From the IMG/VR virus record IMGVR_UViG_3300042401_002002: DNA of 64,000 nucleotides; one strand, written 5' to 3'. Below are positions 53,481 through 62,273 of this stretch, one piece after another. Made by a program: the position numbers and the translations under genes. Numbering within the stretch: position 1 is the first letter of the stretch; every line of letters starts with the position of its first letter. This stretch comes from a virus. Lineage: Duplodnaviria; Heunggongvirae; Uroviricota; Caudoviricetes. The notes under the pieces were generated by a model. The model had not been told where the DNA came from. It made no database searches and saw nothing but the letters and a program-made list of their open reading frames with translations.

Positions 53481-54895
53481 TTATGTCCTAAAAACTATAC
53501 AAATTATTAAAATCTATACAATTAATTTTATAAAAGGATTGGATTTGTTGACACATATTTCAACTCGAATACGTCCCTTACTTTTATTGGGTTGAACAAT
53601 AATCCACTATCAATTATCTTACTAACGTAAGAATCAAAGACTACTTTTCTCATTATGTTAACTGCTCCGTTAACATCTGCGTTTATCAACCCTTTGGCTG
53701 ATTGAAACAAACCACGTTGAACTCTTTTGTTTACTTTAAAGAACCCATTCGGTATCGCTTCGCCATACTTATACAATTTCTCTAATATCAAACTATCTGT
53801 TTTTGAGGTATAACTTTCTTCTGTTTCAACTACTTTTATACCCACCATTTCACACTTATATTTAATCTTATTTAAGAGATTCAAATAAGAAATGTAACAA
53901 AACTTTTGGTTATTAATTCTACCAATATCAATGGAGTCCTTCCATTGTTTGTTGTAACCAACTATTAAATTACCTATCTTATTATCTACCAAATAATCTA
54001 CAATGTACCTACTTACCTTGTGATATATATCATTCAATGTGTTCTCTCTATCTACATATAAATCTTTGATTTGTTCTGTTAGACCTTTTATTTTTTGTTT
54101 ATCTTTAATTGAAGTTAATCTAGCTAATTCTTTGTTAAAGAACTGATTGTAACTTTTAATCTGATTACCGCTAAGTAAAACAGGGTTAGTTAATGAACTA
54201 ACCAAAGTTACTAAGTTATTAACACCTAAGTCAATTGAAGCGTGTTCATCGTAGTTAACATCTTTATTTTCAATATGTTTTTCATAAACAATTTCAACTT
54301 TGATGTAATTCTTTTTAGGAATCAACCTAACTTGATTAAAGTTGATTATATCTTTTTTGTATTTATCAAACTGTGGTACAGCTATTTTTAATGTTTTAGA
54401 TAAATGTATGTATCCATCATGTTTAATAATACATGATTGATTTGGATAAATTAAGTTAGATAAACTATTTTTACGTTTAAAATTAGGTAATTTAGGTTTA
54501 CCTTTATATTTAGTCGGGTTCTTTGACCAATCTCTAATAGCAGCAATGTAAGATTTAACATCTTGTTCAAGAACCTTTAATGTTTGTTGAGCAACTTGTG
54601 CTTTAAGTAATCTATAATTAACAGTACCTTCTAAATTAGTTTTACATTTCATTAACACATCTAACTGTTTATAAAACAAAAACTTACCTTCGTTATTAAG
54701 GTTTGTTTTAACTTCATAAAGAGCCTGATTGTAAAGGTTGTTAGCAACTTTACAAAGTTCAGTTAGATGAGTAGCTGTATTAATGTCAAATGTGTAAACT
54801 AATCTCATTTATTGTGTTATTAAATGTTATTTATTATAAATAGTAAAAACTATTAAATAATTTGATATATAGAATAAATTCTATATATTTGTGTG
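53481..54895 (-). mobile_element. tnpB-only IS200/IS605-family element (IS1341-like)
   Basis: Removing 53481-54895 restores an intact micro-ORF. Left-end hairpin ATATATAGAAT-AA-ATTCTATATAT at 54865-54888. No tnpA in the window. Confidence 0.85.
53528..54808 (-). CDS. tnpB: TnpB RNA-guided endonuclease
   Basis: NNLYNQA, KPKLPNFK, RuvC-I IDLGVNNL, EESYTSK and RuvC-III NADVNGAVNI. Confidence 0.92.
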   Translation of the reverse strand: MRLVYTFDINTATHLTELCKVANNLYNQALYEVKTNLNNEGKFLFYKQLDVLMKCKTNLEGTVNYRLLKAQVAQQTLKVLEQDVKSYIAAIRDWSKNPTKYKGKPKLPNFKRKNSLSNLIYPNQSCIIKHDGYIHLSKTLKIAVPQFDKYKKDIINFNQVRLIPKKNYIKVEIVYEKHIENKDVNYDEHASIDLGVNNLVTLVSSLTNPVLLSGNQIKSYNQFFNKELARLTSIKDKQKIKGLTEQIKDLYVDRENTLNDIYHKVSRYIVDYLVDNKIGNLIVGYNKQWKDSIDIGRINNQKFCYISYLNLLNKIKYKCEMVGIKVVETEESYTSKTDSLILEKLYKYGEAIPNGFFKVNKRVQRGLFQSAKGLINADVNGAVNIMRKVVFDSYVSKIIDSGLLFNPIKVRDVFELKYVSTNPILL

Positions 54896-55285
54896 TTATA
54901 TGTTTTTTCATCACTTCTATAACCGAATTTTGCTGAAGTGGTTAATAATTGTAATTTCATCTTTCAAAAGTCAATAACCAATTAATATGTATTTCTTTAC
55001 GTTCAAGTAATTCATCTAAACAATAAGCAAAACTGCTTGTATCGTTTTTAAATTTAAACATTAAATTGTATTTTGTTTGTAATTTCATGTTCATCTATTT
55101 TAAAATAATAAATTACGATTAAATATATGTAATTTATTTAAATCATTTTTTATTAAGTTAATATTTATTTTTCTTGTAATCTGATTAAATAAATCATCAT
55201 ATTTATTGAAATATTTATACATAACAACATTCCCACGTCTCGTTCTGATATAATATATATCTGGGATTATTTTAAGTTTCATCTT

Positions 55286-55948
55286 CTAATAAGGGTAAAA
55301 TATTTCTTCTGTTTCTATTTCAACATCTTCAAATAACTTAAGTCTTTCTTTAACCGAAAAACCGTTTCCATCTGTTGGATTTATTCTTCCATTACTTGCA
55401 AGAAATTTATAGACACTATGGTAACCTATAAAACCTGCTGATAGAATTCCTGCTTTGGTTATTTTAACACCTTTAATTTTCTTACCAACATACTTACGTA
55501 TTGATTCTTTTAAATATCTATGTTCTAGTGTAAATAAATATTCTTTTATAACCTGGTCCTGTTGTTTTTCTGTAAACAAGGTTGTATCAAATATTTGAAC
55601 ATGACCCAACCATTCATCTTTAATTGTTTTAATAGACCTTTTAATTTTTTTGGTGTTAATCTCTTTAAAACCTAATTCATTTAAACTATTAACCTGGAAT
55701 TGATATTTACCAATACAACCAAATCTGTTTATTATATTTGGTCTATATCTACTTTCTAAATAAGCATTCTTTGATAAGAATGAATCAATTGTTATTATGT
55801 TCGGTTCTTCTATATGTTTTAACATATAAATAAACTGTTTATTAGTAGTTTTATATGTGTTAGCATATACTTTGTTAATTGTTCTATTGTTAGTTGCTAG
55901 TAACACTATTAATAACATTAACTTAAATTTTATAATCATCTTTAACAT
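55286..55948 (-). CDS. Lysozyme-like/transglycosylase-fold protein with an N-terminal hydrophobic anchor
   Basis: LESRY..INRFGCIGKYQF and QQDQ motifs. Confidence 0.6.
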   Translation of the reverse strand: MLKMIIKFKLMLLIVLLATNNRTINKVYANTYKTTNKQFIYMLKHIEEPNIITIDSFLSKNAYLESRYRPNIINRFGCIGKYQFQVNSLNELGFKEINTKKIKRSIKTIKDEWLGHVQIFDTTLFTEKQQDQVIKEYLFTLEHRYLKESIRKYVGKKIKGVKITKAGILSAGFIGYHSVYKFLASNGRINPTDGNGFSVKERLKLFEDVEIETEEIFYPY

Positions 55949-56952
55949 ATTCTTTTATTTTGGTTTAACATTATCCTTCTATAACGTAAATATAGTTATA
56001 AAGGTTTCGTAATTTACAAAATAAATTTGAGAAAACCTAGATATCTGATAAATTTATTTTTCAAGTTTCATAATCGATGAAAGACTATTAGTCTATTTGA
56101 GTAAGGTATTTTCGCTGTTATTATGTGGTTTTCTAAAACCTTTTCTGTAAAGAACCACCATTTTAAGTTTATTTTTTCAAGTTTCATTTTATCTATAAAA
56201 TATATGTAAAATATTTAAATTTTTATATCTTATAGAGTTATAAAGATAAAAATCGTAAACATCTTTAGTTAATAGTAAACTACTACGTTCTATGTTAAGT
56301 TTCATCTTCTGTAGGTTAATATTTTGTTAATATAAGGTTTTGGTATATAATAATTTGGTTGTTGTTCAACTAAATATTCAGCAAAAACTGAACGATTTGG
56401 TTTAAAACAATCAACAAGTGGGTTAAGTATAATTAATTTCATCTACTTAAGATTGTTAATTTATTTTTATTAAAAACAAAATTATCAATTAGTTCATCCA
56501 AACAAATAACAGAACTATCTTTGATATTTTCATGTTGAATAAATTTAAATCCTGAAATGTTAGAAAAATTATTAACCTGAAGTTTCATCTTTTGTAAATT
56601 TTTAAATAATTATGTACTGATTTAGACCCAATATTGAAATATTCTCTGTTAATAAGATAGTTGCAAATTTTATTACTATCTAACCTAAAGTGGATATATA
56701 AATTAACTATTTCTAATCTCATCTTTTGTATATTGATATATTATTTATATGTATTATAGTAGTAACTATATCTAATCCTAAAATATTTATACTTTTGTAA
56801 AGATTGTTGTTGTTATCAAACGGTATGTTTTGATTTTTGAATATAAATAATTTCATGTACTACTATTTTACTACAACAAATCTAATTATAATTTTTAATT
56901 AATCCAACTATTTATTTAAAATACTCTATTTAATTTAAACAAAATTTATAAC

Positions 56953-58926
56953 ATGCAAAATAAAAAACAATTAACAACTGAGGAATTGAGAGAAAGATTC
57001 TTGTTTTTATCTGGTGGTGACACTAAAAAGAATCTAAATGAATCGGTTGTAACATCAAATAGTACGTCTAAGCTATTAAAATATGAAAGAATGGCAGATG
57101 GTAAGGTTTATGGTATTGTACAAGAAGGACAAAAATTTTATATTAAAGTTTGTTCAGCTCCATCAACCAATGTATTGAATGTATCTGATTTTGTTTATTT
57201 AGGTGGTTCAATGGATAATGAGAGATTATATGAAAAATATGATTCTTATAATAAAGTTTTAACACGTTTTCACGGTAAAAAAGTGGCTTTGAATGAAACA
57301 TTTGGTCGTTTAAATGAATCAGATGATAAAGATGAATTTGAACCAATAGATGAAGAATTTGAATTAAATGGAAAAAAATACAATAGTAAATCATTTGACT
57401 CTGAAGATGAAGTTAATAATTTTTTAGAAAAAAATGACGAGTATGGTGTTATCGGTAAAAAAGGTGATAAAATATTTGTAGCTAAAAAATCAGACAAAGG
57501 TGAAGTTAATGAAGAAATTCCTTTAAATAAAGATGTTGATGCTAAAAAAGGTGAAACTATCGTACCAGCACCTGCTGAAACAACACCTGCTCCAGTAGAA
57601 ACACCTGTATCTGAACCAACAACACCAGTAGAAGCACCTGCTGCTCCTGTTTCTGCTGATGTAACTTCAGAACCAGAAGCTGTTGATAATACAGATATTG
57701 CCGATTATAACCCAGAAAATTCTACAACACCTGCTCCAGCACCTTCTGCTGATTCAGCTCCTGAAGCAAGTACAGATGTTCCAGCAACAGATACTGTAGA
57801 CGCACCTGTAGATAGTGAATCAAACACTGAAGGTTCAGACGATACAGTTTCTGAAATTCAATCATTATTAGGTAAATTAGGTGCTGAATTTAGAAAATTA
57901 CCTGAAGTTGATGCAACAACTGCTAAATCAGCAATCAATAATATTATTTCTTCAACTAAATCAGGAATCGAAAAATTAGATGATAAAGATAAAGAAGAAA
58001 TTAAAAAACGTATTGATAAAAACGGTGAAAAGATTGATGAATCAGAGAATATTGATGAAGCTTACGGTGATGAAAAAACTGGTGCTTATAAATATAAAGG
58101 TTATACAGTAAAAGTTGTTGATGTAAACGGTAAACGTGAAGTTAGTATTGCGGATGGTAAAAGTTCACCAATAACCGTTAATAAAGAAAATAAACCATTT
58201 AAAGATAGTAGTGAAGCTAATGACTATATTAATAAAAATTTAGATTCATTAGATGAAGAAGTTGAATCAACTGATGATGAGTTAGATGCTGAAACTATTA
58301 ACGAAATCACTGAATTATGTGGAATTGATTCTAAAGAAGTTGAAGAAAAACTTAACGAAGCAATTAAAACACCTTATGGTAAGTATTTGGTTAAAAAACT
58401 CATTAAAGAAGAAATGAGTAGATATCAAAGTGATGATATTGTTGCTGAAAATGATGATAAGAAAGAGGTTGAAGGTGGTTATTATAGATTTAACCCATCA
58501 ACTAAAACTTTTCAAACAACTATGATTAATAAAGAAAATGAACCGTATCCAGGTGAAGAATTTGATAAAGAAGATGATGCAATTAATCATTTAAAAAATT
58601 CAGTTACTGAACCTGTTCAAGAATCAAAATATCAAAAATATTTGGCGGCTAAAAAAAACAAATTAGTTAAAGAAGATGATGTAGTTAATAATCCAACACC
58701 TGATATACAAAAACAATTTGATGATGAAGAAAATGAAGGTTTACCTGCTGAAATCGTTGACTTATATAATAAAGGTGTTAATTTAGTACGTACTTATAAA
58801 AACTCTAAAAAAGAACACTATTATCCTATGATTATTGAAATAGTAAGAAAACTTAGAGATGCTGGTCATAGTGATAAAGCTAAAAAACTTTTACAAATGG
58901 CTAACCAGGCTATACCTAGAGCATAA
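56953..58926 (+). CDS. Acidic putative head/scaffold-associated protein with a Pro/Ala/Glu/Thr linker
   Basis: ADGKVYGIVQEGQKFYIK and many LNE/IDE/VNE motifs. CTATTTA lies upstream. Confidence 0.55.
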   Translation: MQNKKQLTTEELRERFLFLSGGDTKKNLNESVVTSNSTSKLLKYERMADGKVYGIVQEGQKFYIKVCSAPSTNVLNVSDFVYLGGSMDNERLYEKYDSYNKVLTRFHGKKVALNETFGRLNESDDKDEFEPIDEEFELNGKKYNSKSFDSEDEVNNFLEKNDEYGVIGKKGDKIFVAKKSDKGEVNEEIPLNKDVDAKKGETIVPAPAETTPAPVETPVSEPTTPVEAPAAPVSADVTSEPEAVDNTDIADYNPENSTTPAPAPSADSAPEASTDVPATDTVDAPVDSESNTEGSDDTVSEIQSLLGKLGAEFRKLPEVDATTAKSAINNIISSTKSGIEKLDDKDKEEIKKRIDKNGEKIDESENIDEAYGDEKTGAYKYKGYTVKVVDVNGKREVSIADGKSSPITVNKENKPFKDSSEANDYINKNLDSLDEEVESTDDELDAETINEITELCGIDSKEVEEKLNEAIKTPYGKYLVKKLIKEEMSRYQSDDIVAENDDKKEVEGGYYRFNPSTKTFQTTMINKENEPYPGEEFDKEDDAINHLKNSVTEPVQESKYQKYLAAKKNKLVKEDDVVNNPTPDIQKQFDDEENEGLPAEIVDLYNKGVNLVRTYKNSKKEHYYPMIIEIVRKLRDAGHSDKAKKLLQMANQAIPRA

Positions 58927-58994
58927 TTTTTGTCTGTTTTAATTTTGTTTTGTTTAAAAAAACCTCTCTTATTAATTTAAGAGAGGTTTTTTGT

Positions 58995-60523
58995 TTATCT
59001 ATTAAAAATATTTAGTTTGTTTAAACTATTTCGTGAACTATTCAATAAATCGCTTAGACCGTAGGTTAATGCTGATGATTTATTATTAAATTTAAAATTT
59101 TTAGGATATATTACTATTGAAAGTTTCATCTTCTAAATATTGTTAATCGGTTTTTATTTATTTCTAAAAAATAATCTGACGATTGATAGTCACTTTTTAA
59201 TTTAACTAATAATTGGTTCCATTTATCTACAGTAAAGTTTTTAAATTTATAACCTGTGATTGTTTTTTCTATTTTAAGTTTCATCTTCCGATAATATATA
59301 AATGGTTTAACATAGGATATATGTGATAACTATCACCACGATAATCTACTGAAATCTCAAGTCCGTAAGACTGATATATTAAAGAATTTATCTTTAATGT
59401 ACTGTTATCTTGTTTTTTAAGTTTCATCTTAATAAAATTATTATTTTATTTTTCTCAAATTCGGTTAATTCTATATTATTATACAATCTGAACATTCTAC
59501 AATAAACAAAATTAGTATTATTGAAGAACATAGGTTGTTTTGGGTTAGTTTTGAAAATGAGAAGTTTCATCTTTTACCTAATATTAATAATCTATTAACT
59601 GTATGTATTAAATGTAAATCTACACGTTGTTTTTTATAAAAAAGAATAATTGTTTCATTTATAGTATGAAACTTAATATCTACATTATGGTTGATTAAAA
59701 GTTTCATAATCTATCCAATTCAAAATAAACATAATCAAATTCATTCTTTTCATCAGCAATACCTTTACCGACAACTGTTTGTTTAAATTTATCATTGAAT
59801 AATAAATTTAGGTCAATTTCACTATCAAATTCTTCAACAACTGTTTCAATTAATGTTAAGTAAACTTTGGTACATAAAGGAATAGTTTGTTTATATATTT
59901 CAGCACCACCTATAAGAAATATTTCTTTTGTTGGGTAATATACTTCTGAAATATCAATCGCTTTAGCTATTGTATCTACAATAAACAAATTATCATGTTT
60001 TAATTGTAAATGTTCTAAGTTAGATACATTTCTAGTGATAACAATATTAATTCTGTTAGGTAGTGGTTTTGAACCTAATGATTCAAATGTCTTTCTCCCC
60101 ATAATTACAACATTATCTGTTGTTAATTTTTTGAACCTTTGTAGGTCATTTGATTGTTTGAATAACAATTGGTTGTTATTGCCAATTGCACCGTTTTTGG
60201 AGATTGCTAGAATAAGTTTCATCTTGTAAATATTATTAAAATATTGGGTTTTTTCCTTAAATTTTTAATACAGTTGCAAATTTTTATTTCGATATGAGTA
60301 GAATTCATTATAGGGAATAATTCTACCATATACCATTTATAAATATTAGTTATTTTATTATCAAATAATTGAACTTTTAATTTCATCTTGCGAAGATAAA
60401 TAATTGATTTCTTTTAAAGACCGTTACATTTTCTCTGTTTCCAATATTTAAATTTTTATACCAAATTTCTTTATTATTTGAAATAATTACTACCCAATTA
60501 AAACTTGTTATATCTAATTTCAT
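58995..60523 (-). repeat. MKL micro-ORF array 7 (7 units around DHFR)
   Basis: ATGs at 60523, 60386, 59707, 59570, 59427, 59284 and 59129. Confidence 0.85.
59704..60222 (-). CDS. folA: Dihydrofolate reductase
   Basis: IGNNNQL, DLQRFKKLT, VIMGRKTFESLGSKPLPNRINIVITR and IGGAEIY. Confidence 0.95.
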   Translation of the reverse strand: MKLILAISKNGAIGNNNQLLFKQSNDLQRFKKLTTDNVVIMGRKTFESLGSKPLPNRINIVITRNVSNLEHLQLKHDNLFIVDTIAKAIDISEVYYPTKEIFLIGGAEIYKQTIPLCTKVYLTLIETVVEEFDSEIDLNLLFNDKFKQTVVGKGIADEKNEFDYVYFELDRL

Positions 60524-60526
60524 ATT

Positions 60527-60708
60527 TTACAAATGTCTGTTGCTGATTAATTGTTCCAAGTCTCTATCAAAATTAATAAACATTTCTGGGTCAGAAGATT
60601 CAATTATCATTTCTTTAAATCTTCTGATTACTAATCTATCAAACTGTTTTTGAGTTTGTTCCCTTTCTTGTTCTAATTGTTCATCGTATTGTTCTAAAAA
60701 CGTTTTCA
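60527..60708 (-). CDS. Small hypothetical protein (probable start MKTFLEQ)
   Basis: Downstream of the TAGATTTG box at 60733-60740. Confidence 0.5.
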
Positions 60709-60796
60709 TTGTTGTATAAACTTTTATTTCAACAAATCTACAAAATAAAAAAACTCTTACCAAATATTGATAAGAGTTTTTTTATTAAAATTTATT

Positions 60797-61072
60797 TTAA
60801 ACCAATTCGTTTATTTTGTTTAAAATGTTTTGTTTGGTGGTAGCACCTGCGGAACGATGCACCACTTCATCATCTTTTAAATAAATTAAAGTAGGTACTG
60901 ACCTTATATTGTATTGTGCTGTAAGTTCAGGTTCGGCATCAATATCAATTTTGATAATTTCAACATTTTCATTACCTTCAAATTCTTTTTTTAAAGAATC
61001 AATGATAGGTGAAAGTTGTTTGCACGGTCCGCACCAAGAAGCTGCGAAGTCATATAATTTAATTTTTGACAT
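60797..61072 (-). CDS. trxA: Thioredoxin
   Basis: WCGPCK active site and IRSVPT cis-Pro loop. Confidence 0.93.
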   Translation of the reverse strand: MSKIKLYDFAASWCGPCKQLSPIIDSLKKEFEGNENVEIIKIDIDAEPELTAQYNIRSVPTLIYLKDDEVVHRSAGATTKQNILNKINELV

Positions 61073-61077
61073 AGTTG

Positions 61078-62157
61078 TTAGAATTTAAAATCACCAAAGT
61101 TTGTACTATCTAAATCTTGTTTAAATGAACCAACAACGTAACTAGTTTTTTCAGTTTCTTGCGGTGCTTCTTGAACATTTGTGCTTCCGGTCCAGTTGTT
61201 CATCCAAGTTAAAGGGTTTTCTGTGTTCTCGAATATTGATTTTAACCCAATAGCTTTCATTCTTCTATTGGTTAAATGTTTCATGTACTTAATAAGTAAC
61301 TCAGCATTTAATCCTAACATTGAACCACCTTCAAATAAGTATTTTGCCCATTCCATTTCTTCCTCAGCAGCATCTTTAAACATTTTGATAACAATTGGTT
61401 CACAATCTTTAATTACTTCTTGGAAACCTTCAGATTCATTGTTTCTAAGTAACATAATCATTTTTTGTGTACCTGCTAAATGACAATTTTCATCACGAGA
61501 AATTAACTTAATAATTTTAGCATTACCTTCCATTTTTTTATTTTCAGCAAAAGCAAATGAACAAGCAAATGAAACATAGAACCTAATACCCTCTAAGATG
61601 TTAATTGACATAATAGTAAGGTAAAGTTTCTTTCTTTTCTCATAATCACTATCATCAGATAATGAATTAATTAATTCATCATAATAAGATGTAACTGATG
61701 TGGTTCTTTTTATGATTTCAGTATCCTTTAAAATATTATCAAATACTTCAGTTGGGTTTGGGTAAATATTCTTAATAATATAAGAATACGAATAACTATG
61801 AAGTGTTTCAAAATATTGCCAAGCACTACCAAATAATTCAATTTCAGGATTAGATGTATTTTCAGTAATATGTTTAATACCTCTACTTTGAATTGAATCT
61901 AAAAGAATTTGATAACTTAAGTTCTTAGTAAATATGAATTTTTCATGGTCACTTAGTGTGTTAAAATCACCTCTATCTTTTTGAATATCCACTTCTTCTG
62001 GTCTCCAAGAAAAAGAAAGTTGTTTTAAGTAAAGGTCATAAAAGATAGGGTTTTTAACCTTATCATATCTTTGTAAATTTAAACTTTTACCAAAAAACAT
62101 AGGTTCTTTAGTGAAATCAACTAAATCTAAGTTGATAATGTGTTTTTTGTCTTCCAT
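61078..62157 (-). CDS. nrdB: Ribonucleotide reductase class Ia beta subunit
   Basis: WRPEE, LLDSIQ, FETLHSYSY, LEGIRFYVSF, RDENCH and QEAPQETEKTSY. Confidence 0.95.
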   Translation of the reverse strand: MEDKKHIINLDLVDFTKEPMFFGKSLNLQRYDKVKNPIFYDLYLKQLSFSWRPEEVDIQKDRGDFNTLSDHEKFIFTKNLSYQILLDSIQSRGIKHITENTSNPEIELFGSAWQYFETLHSYSYSYIIKNIYPNPTEVFDNILKDTEIIKRTTSVTSYYDELINSLSDDSDYEKRKKLYLTIMSINILEGIRFYVSFACSFAFAENKKMEGNAKIIKLISRDENCHLAGTQKMIMLLRNNESEGFQEVIKDCEPIVIKMFKDAAEEEMEWAKYLFEGGSMLGLNAELLIKYMKHLTNRRMKAIGLKSIFENTENPLTWMNNWTGSTNVQEAPQETEKTSYVVGSFKQDLDSTNFGDFKF

Positions 62158-62273
62158 TTGTAATTTAGGTTTTAAATTAATGTTAATTAAAATGGGTTAG
62201 ATTTAATATCTAACCCATTTGTAAGTGCAAATATAATAGTTTAAATTAATAAACCAAAATTATTTCGTTATTT

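Larger units (their letters stand above)
52817..56856 (-). repeat. MKL micro-ORF array 6 (12 intact units, 1 IS-split unit, 1 truncated unit)
   Basis: ATGs at 56856, 56722, 56588, 56442, 56305, 56187, 56071 (truncated), 55282, 55088, 54960 (split), 53420, 53274, 53137 and 52981. Confidence 0.85.

Noticed and set aside
53528-54808. Cas12 effector of a CRISPR system
   Set aside because: Size, motifs, IS ends and the lack of an adjacent CRISPR array indicate TnpB.
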